Origin: an uncultured Clostridia bacterium | GTDB taxonomy: Bacteria; Bacillota; Clostridia; Christensenellales; UBA1242 | Assembly: GCA_944372435.1 (NCBI GenBank) | Contig: CALVZD010000003.1 | Coordinates: forward strand, 1-48,925 | Length of the DNA stretch: 48,925 bases | Direction: 5' to 3' | Notes under the pieces: generated by a model | Database searches by the model: none | What the model saw: the letters and a program-made list of their open reading frames with translations, nothing else | What the model was told of the DNA's origin: nothing | Part shown: piece by piece, positions 30,425-40,950 of the stretch | Position numbering within the stretch: position 1 is the stretch's first letter | Layout of the letters: the number at the start of each line of letters is the position of its first letter | Made by a program: the position numbers and the translations under genes

Positions 30425-31345
30425 ATGAAAGATTTGATGTTTTATTACAAAAAAAGCATGCGCAAAAATTTTGCACTCGGCGCTTTCAACTTTTCTAGCC
30501 TTGAAGTTTTGAAGGCGATTGCAAGCGCAGCCGAAAAAACGAGCAGCCCTGCGATCATAGCAGTTTCAGAAAGCGCGCTTGAATATATGGGCGAAAATTT
30601 TGTGATGGCAAACGCGAAACTTGTCAAGGAGTCGTGCAAAGCTCCCCTGTTTTTGCACCTCGATCACGGAAAATCCTTTGAAATTTGCAAAAAGGCTGTC
30701 GACCTTGGCTTCGACTCGGTGATGATCGATGCAAGCGCCCTGCCGTTTGAGGAAAATGTGGCGCTGACGAAAAAAGTGTGTGACTACGCTCATGAAAAAG
30801 GCGTTTTTGTTGAAGGCGAGCTTGGGCAGATTGCCGGCATAGAGGACAACACCTTTGCAAAAAACCACATTTTCACCGATCCTCAAAAAGCCAAGGAGTT
30901 TGTCAAAATGACCAAGGTTGACTCTCTTGCTGTTGCGATTGGCACAAGCCACGGCGCATACAAATATAAAGGCGAAAGCAGACTGCGCTTTGACATTTTG
31001 AGCGAAATTGAAAAAAAGCTGCCCCGCTTTCCACTGGTGCTGCATGGCGCGTCGTCTGTGAGTGAAAAGCTTGTCAAAATCATCAATGAAAATGGCGGAA
31101 AAATCGACGGAGCCAAAGGCGTCAGCGAAGAGCTTGCCAAAATGGCGGTTCAGATGCATAACATAGCAAAAATCAACATTGACACCGACCTGCGCATCGC
31201 CTTCACCGCAGGAGTGAGAAGCAGTTTGAAAGAAAGGCCAGAAAATTTTGACCAGCGCACTTACTGCCTAAACGGTCAAAAAATGGTCGAAGAAGTCGTT
31301 GTGCATAAGATCAAAAATCTGCTAAATAGCGAAAAAATGGCATAA
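30425..31345 (+). CDS. fba: Class II fructose-1,6-bisphosphate aldolase
   Basis: GAFN, HLDHG, SVMIDAS, VEGELG, LAVAIGTSHGAYK, LVLHGAS and KINIDTDLR. Confidence 0.95.
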   Translation: MKDLMFYYKKSMRKNFALGAFNFSSLEVLKAIASAAEKTSSPAIIAVSESALEYMGENFVMANAKLVKESCKAPLFLHLDHGKSFEICKKAVDLGFDSVMIDASALPFEENVALTKKVCDYAHEKGVFVEGELGQIAGIEDNTFAKNHIFTDPQKAKEFVKMTKVDSLAVAIGTSHGAYKYKGESRLRFDILSEIEKKLPRFPLVLHGASSVSEKLVKIINENGGKIDGAKGVSEELAKMAVQMHNIAKINIDTDLRIAFTAGVRSSLKERPENFDQRTYCLNGQKMVEEVVVHKIKNLLNSEKMA

Positions 31346-31351
31346 TTTGAC

Positions 31352-31383
31352 AAAAAAAAGCAGCAATTTTGCTGCTTTTTTTG
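31352..31383. terminator. Bidirectional intrinsic terminator
   Basis: aaaaaaaagcagcaa-tt-ttgctgcttttttt between convergent genes. Confidence 0.8.
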
Positions 31384-31530
31384 ATTTGTTCTTTGTTTTA
31401 TTAGTTTTTATTAAATTGACGATTGCAATTAGAAAACTGCAAAAGTTCTGTCAAGAGCTGAGGTCAATTCAACATGAAAAGTTTGTTGCGCATTTGCATC
31501 AGCAGTTTTGCAAGCAATAGCACATACTGC

Positions 31531-33498
31531 TCATCTTATCATAGCTTGAAGTGTTGCTTTGATATCATCTCTTGTCAATTTTGCTTGCGTTATAGCGTCA
31601 TCAAGCTCACGCTGCGTTATGACTTTGTCTGGATCGATGCCGATCTTTTCGATTTCTTTAAGCGCCTGCCCAGCACAAGCCAAAATTTCTAGCTTAACGT
31701 TTCCTTTGATATTTGCCGCCATGACAGAGCCAGGATTTTTTATAAATTCATACACAGCTTTGTAGTCTTCCTTGCGTTGAGCGTTTTCGGTTTTAAACTT
31801 ATCTGGAGCGATGTCATGATATATCCCCATAGGAATGCTGGTGCAGCCTTCTGGACGCTTTTTCTTAGCTTCAAGTTCAATATTGCATATTTCATCAAGA
31901 TCGTTTATGAGCTTATATCTTGGGCGCTTTTTGTTCACTTCTCTTTTTGATTTGCTCCTCAAAATTCTGCCCACAGTGTTAAGAAACTTTTTCGTAATGT
32001 CGAATCTGTTGTATCTGTGCTCGAAAAACTTGAAGTTGTCTTCAAAATCCTGCGCTTTGTCAGCTTTTTCAAACAAAGCTTTCGCGTCATCATACGCTTT
32101 TCGCTCGACTCTTGCATATGCTTTATTGTCCAATTCATCCAGACATTGCAGAAGTGGAACTGTGAATATCTGCTCCATAGTTTTTCGGTTTTCGTCACTT
32201 ATTTTTGCCTTTTCGCTCGCGTATGAAAGCAATATCAGGTTGGAGAAAATAGCAGATGCAGCTTCTTCAAAGTTGTTGATTGCTTTGGATTTGGTGGTTT
32301 TTGCAATCTCTCTGTCAAAAAACTCGAAAGCTGAAAGAATTTTGTCTTCGTCGTTTGACTCCAGTCTTTTGAACGCCTCTTGGAAATCTCCATCTTTTAT
32401 CAGGTCTTTGTCTTCGACATAAACCTCGCTCACCACGCCGTTTTCGTCTAGCACTCTCCACAGATAGTTGGAGCCCTCTTTTGCCCATTTAATTGGAAGA
32501 TCTTGAAATTTGTTTATCTTTTGGTCGAGCAGGCGATAGACTTGCGTGTCGTGATAAAACTGTTGGATGTCAGGATATTTTTCAAGCGGTTTGGAGCTAA
32601 GTTTGTTGTGCGCTTCGATCATGTTGTTGAGCTCTTGAATTCGCTCGTTTGCAAGCTCAAACGCCATCTGCCTCACCGTTTCGTTGTCTTCATCCGACAA
32701 ATTTGGCATGCTGTCATACAAAAATGGGAGCATCTTTTCGGCAAACTCCGAAGGCACATCGTTGCCGTCTTTTAAGTCGGCTTGCTCAGTGACCGCCTGT
32801 ATAAGCAATATCGAAGCAAGCTGAACAGCAGGTTCGATCAAATCGCCGTCGTTATACATTGCAGCAGCCTTATCCTCTAGTGTTTGAAGATTTGACGCAA
32901 AAATTGCAGCTGTGACATCTTTGATATCAAACTTTTTGTTTTTTAAAAGACTTGCGCTGGTAAAATGAAGCCGTTTGTTTGCCCAATCGATGACTACTTC
33001 TCCGTTTTCACTCATCAGTTGAAGCAGCTTGGCGTCAGTTTGATCGCAGCTGCTCTTAATTTTCCAATAGTCGTCATTTCCAACAAACGCGCTGAAAGAT
33101 TTGTAGCCACCATCTTTCTTGGCTTTGACGCCTTCGATCATTTTGAGTTTTTCTTGAATGTCACCAGGAAAAATTCCTGCTGTTGCAAGCTGCCAAAAAT
33201 CTTTTTTGATTTTGTCGAGCTTTCTAAACTCAAATTGCACATCAAATTTGCCGTCGCTGCCAACAGTTGTTTTTAAAGTTGTGTCTGACAAAGCTGAGAG
33301 CGCGTCCTGACAGAAGTCTCTCTTTTTGCCTTTGTAAGCATTGGCGCATAGCGTTGACAACGCCTTGTTTTTAAGCGAAGTCAAAGACAAGGCAGCATAC
33401 CTGCCAGTTGGCACGCGCTTTAAAAGCGGCTGCGTTTTGCCTTTTGGCTCTAAACCTGCAAAGTGGTCATAGATCATCTCAGATATTGAATCGCTCAT
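31531..33498 (-). CDS. Hypothetical highly charged helical protein (about 655 aa)
   Basis: Long ORF, ATG 33498 after AAGGAG, K/E/D-rich. No recognisable motif, signal peptide or TM helix. Confidence 0.85.
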   Translation of the reverse strand: MSDSISEMIYDHFAGLEPKGKTQPLLKRVPTGRYAALSLTSLKNKALSTLCANAYKGKKRDFCQDALSALSDTTLKTTVGSDGKFDVQFEFRKLDKIKKDFWQLATAGIFPGDIQEKLKMIEGVKAKKDGGYKSFSAFVGNDDYWKIKSSCDQTDAKLLQLMSENGEVVIDWANKRLHFTSASLLKNKKFDIKDVTAAIFASNLQTLEDKAAAMYNDGDLIEPAVQLASILLIQAVTEQADLKDGNDVPSEFAEKMLPFLYDSMPNLSDEDNETVRQMAFELANERIQELNNMIEAHNKLSSKPLEKYPDIQQFYHDTQVYRLLDQKINKFQDLPIKWAKEGSNYLWRVLDENGVVSEVYVEDKDLIKDGDFQEAFKRLESNDEDKILSAFEFFDREIAKTTKSKAINNFEEAASAIFSNLILLSYASEKAKISDENRKTMEQIFTVPLLQCLDELDNKAYARVERKAYDDAKALFEKADKAQDFEDNFKFFEHRYNRFDITKKFLNTVGRILRSKSKREVNKKRPRYKLINDLDEICNIELEAKKKRPEGCTSIPMGIYHDIAPDKFKTENAQRKEDYKAVYEFIKNPGSVMAANIKGNVKLEILACAGQALKEIEKIGIDPDKVITQRELDDAITQAKLTRDDIKATLQAMIR

Positions 33499-33578
33499 TT
33501 CCCTCTCCTTTTGAAGCAAAATTCACTTATATCATATTATATCATGTTTTGAAGAGAAATTCAATACCCTATTTTTTA

Positions 33579-34586
33579 TTATTTTAAGGTGACAAGAGCT
33601 TGGCGAGTTTCGCCGTTTCGAATGTATTCAACAAGCACCGCCTCACCGTGATCGGAACTGAGAACAGCTTTTTTGAGATCCAAAAGATTGACTATCTCTC
33701 TGCCCGCCACGCGAACGATCAAGTCGCCTTTGCTGATGCCTGCATCCGATGCTGGAGAGTCGGTCGAGACGACATACACTCCGTTTGATGAAAGCGTTTC
33801 GCCATACGCGAGCGCTATGTCACTGTCAAAGCCGAACACTCCGAGATATGCCGAGGTGAAGTTTGGATTTTGCGCGAGCTTTTCGACCGCGATTTTTCCT
33901 ATTTCAATAGGCACGGCAAAGCCCAAGCCCTCGCCCTCTGTGGCTTTGAGCGTGTTGATGCCAACCACTTGGCCAGCGGCGTTTATCAGCGGTCCTCCCG
34001 AATTGCCTGGGTTGATCGCTGCGTCATGTTGGATGAGTGACTGCATAAAGCTGGTTTGCCCAGAGAAACTTTGGCTTTCAAGCGTGCGGTTGAGCGCACT
34101 GACTATGCCATGTGTGATTGTGTGTTTAAACTCAAGTGTCAGTGGCGTGCCGAGTGCATACACCGGCTCGCCGATCGACACTTCTGTCGTGTTCGTGTCG
34201 AGATAAGGGATCTGTCTGTCTGCCTGCAAAACCGCCACATCAAGCCCAGCATCCGTCCAAAGCAGTTTGGCGCTGCCAGTCGTTTTGTCGGCATAGTAAA
34301 GGGTTATCACTCCGCCGCCCTCGACGACATGGTTGTTCGTGAGAATGAGCCCGTCGCCGCTTATGGCAAAACCGCTCCCGATCGAATAGCTGTCAGGATA
34401 ATCGACCGAAATCCCCACAACCGCAGCTCTGGCGTCGGCAAGCATTTGCCCTGCGTCTGCACTGGTGGCGGTCGAGAGCATCCTGACGCTCATGTCGACG
34501 CTTTCATCTGCCGTCTGCTCTCCGCACCCTGTAATGCCGCAAAGCACCGCAACAGCGATCATTGAAAAAGCAAAAACTCGTTTCAT
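33579..34586 (-). CDS. htrA: HtrA/DegP-family serine protease (trypsin plus PDZ), lipoprotein
   Basis: GSGF, LTNNHVV (His), LDVAVL (Asp), INPGNSGGPL (Ser), C-terminal PDZ, lipobox ITGC. Confidence 0.92.
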   Translation of the reverse strand: MKRVFAFSMIAVAVLCGITGCGEQTADESVDMSVRMLSTATSADAGQMLADARAAVVGISVDYPDSYSIGSGFAISGDGLILTNNHVVEGGGVITLYYADKTTGSAKLLWTDAGLDVAVLQADRQIPYLDTNTTEVSIGEPVYALGTPLTLEFKHTITHGIVSALNRTLESQSFSGQTSFMQSLIQHDAAINPGNSGGPLINAAGQVVGINTLKATEGEGLGFAVPIEIGKIAVEKLAQNPNFTSAYLGVFGFDSDIALAYGETLSSNGVYVVSTDSPASDAGISKGDLIVRVAGREIVNLLDLKKAVLSSDHGEAVLVEYIRNGETRQALVTLK

Positions 34587-34619
34587 TTCCCCTCCCAAAT
34601 CTGAGGGTCAGCGAGTTTT

Positions 34620-35402
34620 TTAAAGCCTGAACATCGTTCCTGGCTGAGTGGTGGCAACGTCGATCTTGACATGCACGCCTTCGATTATGCCATACTCTTT
34701 TAAAAATTCGGATATGTAGGTGTAGGCTAGCGTTGGCGTGTTGTTTTCCTGGCTCAAATGCGAAAGCACCACCTGTCGCGTTCCCGTTGCAACGAGCGCT
34801 CGGATCATATGCGCCGCCTCGCGATTCGATATATGGCCGTGGCCACCAGAAATTCTGCGTTTCAGCGCTGGCGGATATTTCAAGTTCGCTGCCAGCATAT
34901 CCTGGTCATAGTTGGCTTCAAGATAAACAAGCTGACTTCCTCGAACACTTTCAAGTATTCTTTCGTTAGTGTGCCCAATATCCGTCAAAATACTTATCTT
35001 GCCGTCATTATTTTCAAAAACATATCCAAAGCATGGCACGTCGTGTGGCAGAGGCACCGCTTTGACATTGATGTCGCGCAGCCTAAATCCGTCGGTTTCA
35101 TAAAACCTGCGGTTTTTGGAGGGTGTTTTTTTAAATTTGTAGTTCATGTTTTCCCAAACATCTCTGTGCGCAAAAACCGGAATGTCATGCTTATACGAAA
35201 AAGCATCGACGCCTTTTGTGTGGTCGTTGTGCTCATGCGTGACCAAAATGACATCGATTTGCGACGGTTCTACGCCAATCAGCGCAAGCCGCTTTTCCGC
35301 CTCATTGCAGCAAAGACCTATGTCAATCAAAACTTTGACATTTTCACTTTCTAAATAAGTCATATTTCCATCGCTGCCCGAGGATAAGTTAATTATACGC
35401 AT
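34620..35402 (-). CDS. yycJ: YycJ/WalJ-like metallo-beta-lactamase-fold hydrolase
   Basis: LSSGSDGN, THEHNDH, PHD, TDIG, EANYD, GHISN and LSHLSQENN. Adjacent to htrA, as in wal loci. Confidence 0.88.
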   Translation of the reverse strand: MRIINLSSGSDGNMTYLESENVKVLIDIGLCCNEAEKRLALIGVEPSQIDVILVTHEHNDHTKGVDAFSYKHDIPVFAHRDVWENMNYKFKKTPSKNRRFYETDGFRLRDINVKAVPLPHDVPCFGYVFENNDGKISILTDIGHTNERILESVRGSQLVYLEANYDQDMLAANLKYPPALKRRISGGHGHISNREAAHMIRALVATGTRQVVLSHLSQENNTPTLAYTYISEFLKEYGIIEGVHVKIDVATTQPGTMFRL

Positions 35403-35439
35403 AGCAGCATTTTAGCACTTTTGTCGCAAAAAAGCAAGC

Positions 35440-35533
35440 GGCGCGGCAGGGTCTTTTCGCGTTTGCGCGAAAAGACCAGCGCTGCCTTGAAAAGGCAGCG
35501 CGAGGTGCTGCTTTGCAGCGCCTCTGCCGCGCC
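35440..35533. repeat. GC-rich multibranch palindromic element (cloverleaf)
   Basis: Outer stem ggcgcggcag/ctgccgcgcc enclosing three hairpins: ggtcttttcgcg/cgcgaaaagacc, gcgctgcctt/aaggcagcgc and gaggtgctgc/gcagcgcctc. Confidence 0.8.
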
Positions 35534-35539
35534 CCAGAG

Positions 35540-38371
35540 TTATTTGAGCAACTTTTTCAAAAATGCACCAGTGAAGGAGTTTTTGTTTTTTGCAACCTCT
35601 TCGGGAGTTCCCTCCGCCACGAGCGTTCCGCCACCGTCGCCGCCCTCAGGACCGAGGTCGATGATATAGTCGGCGCACTTTATGACATCGAGGTTGTGTT
35701 CGATCACAACAACGCTGTTGCCATTGCCGACAAGCCTGTTGAGAATGGCGACGAGCTTTTTGACGTCATACATATGCAGCCCTGTCGTCGGCTCGTCGAG
35801 GATATAGAAGGTTTTGCCTGTTTCGCGTTTGGAAAGTTCGGTTGCAAGCTTGACTCTTTGAGCCTCTCCACCTGAGAGCGTCGTTGCAGGCTGTCCGAGT
35901 TTGATATAAGAAAGGCCTACATCAAACAGCGCCTGCAACTTGTTTTTGATGCTTGGAATGTTTTCGAAAAATTCCAGTGCCTCTTCAACCGTCATATCAA
36001 GCACATCGGTGATAGTTTTGCCCTTGTATTTGACCTCCAGCGTTTCGCGGTTATAGCGTTTGCCCTTGCAGACCTCGCACGGCACATTGATATCTGGCAG
36101 GAAATACATTTCTATCTCTTTAACGCCGGCTCCATCGCAGGCCTCGCAACGACCGCCCCTGACGTTAAACGAAAATCTGCTCGCCGAAAATCCGCGCTCT
36201 TTGGCGTCCTTTGTGGCAGCAAAAAGCTCACGAATTGGTGTGAACAGTCCGGTGTAGGTCGCAGGATTGCTGCGCGGCGTTCTTCCAATCGGCGCTTGGT
36301 CGATGCAGATGATCTTGTCAAGCTGCTGTTCGCCCTCTATGCGCTCAAATTTGCCTTGTTCGGCTCTGCTGCCATTGAGTTTTGCTGCGAGATATGGATA
36401 GACGACCTCGTTTACCAAGCTCGACTTGCCGCTGCCAGAAACACCGGTGACGACGCACATAACCCCAAGAGGAATGTTTACATTCAGCTTTTTGAGGTTG
36501 TTTTCAGCCGCGCCGAAAACTTTTAAAAAGCCGGTTGGCTTGCGTCGCGCCTCAGGAACCTCTATCTTTTCCTCGCCGCGCAAAAATTTTGCTGTGACGG
36601 AGTTTGGGCTTTTGAGCACCTCTTCAAGAGGGCCGTTTGCCACAATCTCACCGCCATGCACGCCGGCATATGGACCGACATCGACGATCCAATCGGCCGC
36701 GCGCATAGTGTCTTCGTCGTGCTCGACAACAATGAGCGTGTTGCCAAGATCGCGCAGATTTTTTAGCGTTGCAAGCAAGCGGTCATTGTCTCTTTGGTGC
36801 AGTCCGATTGACGGCTCATCCAAAATATACAGCACGCCGACGAGCCCAGAGCCGATCTGGGTTGCCAGCCTGATGCGCTGCGCCTCGCCGCCCGAAAGCG
36901 TTTCAGCCGAGCGAGAGAGCGTCAAATAGCCTAGCCCAACATCAGACAAAAATTTGAGGCGGGCTTTTATCTCCTTTAATATGCTCTCAGCAATGCTTGC
37001 CTTTTCTTTTGAAAGTTTGAGGTTTTCAAAATATGGCAGCAGCTTGCTGACTGGCATATCGCAGACTTCGATGATGTCTTTTTTGTCTATTTTGACGGCG
37101 AGAGCCGATTCGTTCAGCCTTTTCCCATGGCACACCTTGCAGGTTTGATTTGTCAAAAACTTGCCTATCTCAAAACGAATAAACTCGCTTTTGCTTTCAG
37201 CTAGCCTGCGTTTTAAGTTTGGAATCAGCCCCTCAAAGGTCAAAACCTTGCTTCCGCGAAAGTGCTCCGCGGTTTTGTTGCGATACTCGTCTTCAAATAG
37301 GTCAAGTTTTTCGCCATTGTTGCCATATAAAAGGATGTTTATGTGCTTTTTTGGCAGATCTTTGACTGGAATTTGCAGATCGATGCCGTATTTTTTGGAA
37401 AGCGCGTCAAAATACCTTTTTGCCATGCTTTCTGGCTCATATCGCCAACCGGTCAGGTTGAAAGCGCCCTGACTGACGGATAGATGCGAATTTTTCAAGA
37501 TCAGCCCCTCGTCGATATCAGCGATCTCGCCGAGCCCGGAGCAGTTTGGACAGGCTCCAAATGGCGCGTTGAAAGAAAATAGCCTTGGCGAAAGCTCTTC
37601 CAGCGTCCAGCCGCAAGTTGGGCAAGAGTAGTTTGTTGAAAACAGCTCCTCCTCGCCGTCAAAGTCGACGATCGCCAGCCCTTCGGCAAGTTTTAGGCAG
37701 GTTTCCAAACTTTCAGCAAGTCTGCTTTCGATACCCTCGCGTATGACAATTCGGTCGATGACGACCTTTATGTCATGTTTCAGGTTTTTGTCGAGCACGA
37801 TCTCTTCGTCGAGCGTCCACATATTGCCATCGACGATGACTCGCACGTATCCGCTTTTTTTCAAACTTTCAAACAATTTGGCAAAGGCACCCTTTTGAGC
37901 GCGAACGACTGGCGCGAGCAGAGTGAGCTTTGTGCCCTCTGGATGCGACAAGACCGCGTCGACAATTTGATCGATGGTCTGGCGCGAGATCGCCTTGTGG
38001 CAGTGCGGACAATAGGTTGTGCCAACCCGCGCAAAAAGCAGCCTGAGATAGTCATATATCTCAGTCACTGTGCCAACTGTTGAGCGCGGATTGTGGTTGG
38101 TGGTTTTTTGGTCGATCGAGATCGACGGCGAAAGCCCCTCGATCGCTTCGACATCTGGCTTTTGCGCCTGACCCAAAAACATTCGCGCGTATGACGAGAG
38201 GCTTTCGATATATCGCCTCTGCCCCTCGGCATAGATCGTGCCAAACGCGAGCGAGGTTTTGCCTGAACCGCTCACACCGGTAAAGACGATCAGTTTGTCA
38301 CGAGGGATCGTCAAATCGACATTTTTTAGGTTGTTTTCCTTTGCTCCGATTATTTTTATTTCTTTTTCCAT
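35540..38371 (-). CDS. uvrA: Excinuclease ABC subunit A
   Basis: Two ABC cassettes (GVSGSGKT/S, LSGGEAQR, LDEP), Zn fingers, and LFSFNAPFGACPNC. Confidence 0.99.
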   Translation of the reverse strand: MEKEIKIIGAKENNLKNVDLTIPRDKLIVFTGVSGSGKTSLAFGTIYAEGQRRYIESLSSYARMFLGQAQKPDVEAIEGLSPSISIDQKTTNHNPRSTVGTVTEIYDYLRLLFARVGTTYCPHCHKAISRQTIDQIVDAVLSHPEGTKLTLLAPVVRAQKGAFAKLFESLKKSGYVRVIVDGNMWTLDEEIVLDKNLKHDIKVVIDRIVIREGIESRLAESLETCLKLAEGLAIVDFDGEEELFSTNYSCPTCGWTLEELSPRLFSFNAPFGACPNCSGLGEIADIDEGLILKNSHLSVSQGAFNLTGWRYEPESMAKRYFDALSKKYGIDLQIPVKDLPKKHINILLYGNNGEKLDLFEDEYRNKTAEHFRGSKVLTFEGLIPNLKRRLAESKSEFIRFEIGKFLTNQTCKVCHGKRLNESALAVKIDKKDIIEVCDMPVSKLLPYFENLKLSKEKASIAESILKEIKARLKFLSDVGLGYLTLSRSAETLSGGEAQRIRLATQIGSGLVGVLYILDEPSIGLHQRDNDRLLATLKNLRDLGNTLIVVEHDEDTMRAADWIVDVGPYAGVHGGEIVANGPLEEVLKSPNSVTAKFLRGEEKIEVPEARRKPTGFLKVFGAAENNLKKLNVNIPLGVMCVVTGVSGSGKSSLVNEVVYPYLAAKLNGSRAEQGKFERIEGEQQLDKIICIDQAPIGRTPRSNPATYTGLFTPIRELFAATKDAKERGFSASRFSFNVRGGRCEACDGAGVKEIEMYFLPDINVPCEVCKGKRYNRETLEVKYKGKTITDVLDMTVEEALEFFENIPSIKNKLQALFDVGLSYIKLGQPATTLSGGEAQRVKLATELSKRETGKTFYILDEPTTGLHMYDVKKLVAILNRLVGNGNSVVVIEHNLDVIKCADYIIDLGPEGGDGGGTLVAEGTPEEVAKNKNSFTGAFLKKLLK

Positions 38372-38421
38372 GATTTAATTATACCACAAAATGATGTTTT
38401 TTTTAAACTTAAAGAGCTGTT

Positions 38422-40392
38422 TTAAAACGTGTTTTTATTGTTTTTTCCCAATTTCTTTTTTAAACTAAGTATTTTGTTTCTAAGTTCAATCGCCCTTTCA
38501 AAATCAAGCGAATTAGAAGCGAGTTTCATCATAGAGGTCAAACGCTCTATCTCCGCTGGGATATCCTTTTTCGCAATTTCGCCTTCTCCCACTTTTTTGG
38601 TTATTTCAAGAGTGTTTTTGATCTCTTTTTTGATGGTTTTCGGCACAATTCCATGCGCTTTATTGAACTTATCCTGAATTTCGCGTCGACGCGCGGTTTC
38701 GTCGATCGCCCTTTTCATAGAGTCGGTGATCTCGTCGGCATACATGATCGCCCTGCCGTTGGCGTTTCGAGCGACCCTGCCGACCGTTTGGATCAGCGCG
38801 CCCTCTGACCTCAAAAAGCCCTCTTTGTCGGCATCCAAAATCGCCACGAGCTCAACCTCCGGCATATCCAACCCCTCTCGCAGCAGGTTGATACCCACGA
38901 GAACATCAAACTCGCCACTGCGCAGACCGTTGATGATTTCAACGCGCTCCATGGTGTCAATTTCGGAGTGCAGATATTTGACTTTAAATTTGCGATCGCC
39001 GAGATATGTCGTCAAACTTTCAGCCATTTTTTTTGTCAGCGTGGTGACAAGCACACGATTGCCGCGCGAAACTGTCGCTTTGATCTCTGCCATGAGGTCA
39101 TCGATCTGATTTTTTGACGGACGCACTTCGATCGTCGGGTCAAGCAGCCCCGTCGGCCTAAGCAGCTGTTCGACCACTTGGCCAGCCTTTTCAAGCTCAT
39201 ATTTTGCTGGCGTTGCCGAAACATACAGAGTCTGCCCCAGCCTCTGGTTGAATTCGTCAAATTTCAGCGGTCTGTTGTCACGCGCAGCTTCCAGCCTAAA
39301 TCCGTAGTCGACGAGGCTGGCTTTTCGCGCTTTGTCACCGTTATACATCGCCCTGATCTGCGGCAAAGTCATATGGCTTTCGTCGATGATCGTCAAAAAG
39401 TCCTTTGGAAAATAATCAATCAAAGTGAAAGGCGGCTCGCCTGGCTGCCTGCCGTCAAAGTATCGCGAATAATTTTCGATGCCGCTGCAATAACCAAGCT
39501 CTTGCATCATTTCAAGATCATATGCAACTCTCTGACCGATGCGTTCTGCTTCCAGTGGCTTGCCCTCATCCTCAAACTTTTTTATCGCCTTTTCGCGGTC
39601 TGCCTTAATTTGCTCGATCGCACGTTGCAGGCGTTGCTGGCCAACCGCATAGTGCGTGGCAGGATAAATTGCCGCATAGGTTATTTCGTTGATAAGCGTG
39701 CCGGAAACAGGTTCAAATTCATATATTTTTTCGATTTCGTCGCCAAAAAATTGCACTCTGATCGCCATTTCTGACTGGTTTGCCGGAAAGATGTCGAGTG
39801 TGTCGCCTTTGGCGCGAAAGGTGGAGCGCTTGAAGTCGAGCTCATTGCGAGTGTATTGAATGTCGATGAGTTTGCGCATAACCTCCTCGCGACTGATCAG
39901 ATCGCCCTTGCGAAGCGAGATGTGCAAGTTGTAATATTCCTCTGGGCTGCCGAGGCCATATATGCAGGAAACCGACGCCACCACGATCGTGTCGCGACGC
40001 TCTAAAAGCGACGAGGTTGCAGACGAACGAAGTTTGTCGATCTCTTCGTTTACCGCCATATCCTTTTCGATGTAGGTGTCGGTGCTGACGATGTAGGCTT
40101 CCGGCTGATAGTAGTCATAATACGAAACGAAAAACTCGACCCTATTTTCAGGAAAAAATTCGCGAAACTCGTTGCAAAGTTGCGCCGCCAAAATTTTGTT
40201 GTGTGCAATGACCAAAGTTGGACGGTTGAGCTTTGCAATGATGTTTGCCATGGTGAATGTTTTGCCGCTGCCGGTCACACCCAGCAGCACTTGGTCTTTG
40301 AGGCCGTCATTAAAACCCTCCACAAGCTTGTCTATCGCTTGCGGCTGGTCGCCCGATGGCGAAAAAGGTGCGTGAAGTTTGAATTCTTTCAT
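38422..40392 (-). CDS. uvrB: Excinuclease ABC subunit B
   Basis: [43 protein letters not shown] and a C-terminal UVR coiled coil. Confidence 0.99.
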   Translation of the reverse strand: MKEFKLHAPFSPSGDQPQAIDKLVEGFNDGLKDQVLLGVTGSGKTFTMANIIAKLNRPTLVIAHNKILAAQLCNEFREFFPENRVEFFVSYYDYYQPEAYIVSTDTYIEKDMAVNEEIDKLRSSATSSLLERRDTIVVASVSCIYGLGSPEEYYNLHISLRKGDLISREEVMRKLIDIQYTRNELDFKRSTFRAKGDTLDIFPANQSEMAIRVQFFGDEIEKIYEFEPVSGTLINEITYAAIYPATHYAVGQQRLQRAIEQIKADREKAIKKFEDEGKPLEAERIGQRVAYDLEMMQELGYCSGIENYSRYFDGRQPGEPPFTLIDYFPKDFLTIIDESHMTLPQIRAMYNGDKARKASLVDYGFRLEAARDNRPLKFDEFNQRLGQTLYVSATPAKYELEKAGQVVEQLLRPTGLLDPTIEVRPSKNQIDDLMAEIKATVSRGNRVLVTTLTKKMAESLTTYLGDRKFKVKYLHSEIDTMERVEIINGLRSGEFDVLVGINLLREGLDMPEVELVAILDADKEGFLRSEGALIQTVGRVARNANGRAIMYADEITDSMKRAIDETARRREIQDKFNKAHGIVPKTIKKEIKNTLEITKKVGEGEIAKKDIPAEIERLTSMMKLASNSLDFERAIELRNKILSLKKKLGKNNKNTF

Positions 40393-40395
40393 CCT

Positions 40396-40755
40396 TTATC
40401 CTTTGAAAATCATTTTTAAAACCAGGCCGAAAATAAAGCTGACGGTTGCAAGAAAGAGGCTCCTCAAAACGAGCAAGCCAAAGGTCTTTTTTTGCCTGCG
40501 ACTGTCGATTTCATAGCTTTGACCTTTTTTTTTGAGTGTTACACAATAATAATACCCCATTTTGCTTTCAGAAACAACAAAATCGATGTAGTTTTCATTT
40601 GAAAGTTCACTCATTATCTCATCTATTTCAGAAACCGACAAAACGAATTTTTTGGAAAGCGCTCCGGCAATCTCGCTTGGCGCAACGAGGCATGTCCGCT
40701 TTTTGGGACACACCTTGCAAAGATAGGACATGACGAGTTTTGCTTTCCGCGACAA
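40396..40755 (-). CDS. Small winged-helix-like protein with C-terminal membrane anchor (paralog A)
   Basis: TTG start after a GAGGTG RBS. Helix-helix-helix-beta-hairpin pattern, then a basic patch and TM helix. Stop lies 3 bp before the uvrB ATG. Confidence 0.7.
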   Translation of the reverse strand: MSRKAKLVMSYLCKVCPKKRTCLVAPSEIAGALSKKFVLSVSEIDEIMSELSNENYIDFVVSESKMGYYYCVTLKKKGQSYEIDSRRQKKTFGLLVLRSLFLATVSFIFGLVLKMIFKG

Positions 40756-40950
40756 AAAACACCTCGCAAAAACTAGGTTAAATGTGTTATTCCCTATTGC
40801 GAGAAAATTTACTCGAACAAAAAGCAGCCGAAGCTGCTTTGTGAGCAAAAATCATTTTATAGCTTTTGCAAGCCAAAAACTGCAAAATTTGCGCATTTTT
40901 TAGTTAAAAACTCGTCTTTTTGCTTTAATTATTAAATTTTTTGAAGTTTG

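Noticed and set aside
6347-40419. Numerous antisense and alternate-frame ORFs overlapping rpoBC, the giant lipoprotein, virB4, htrA and uvrAB
   Set aside because: Shadow ORFs expected from codon bias, with no RBS or protein-like motifs.
38372-40900. LexA (GAAC-N4-GTTC) box upstream of uvrB or uvrA
   Set aside because: No convincing match was seen by eye in the intergenic regions. Absence is not proven without a motif scan.
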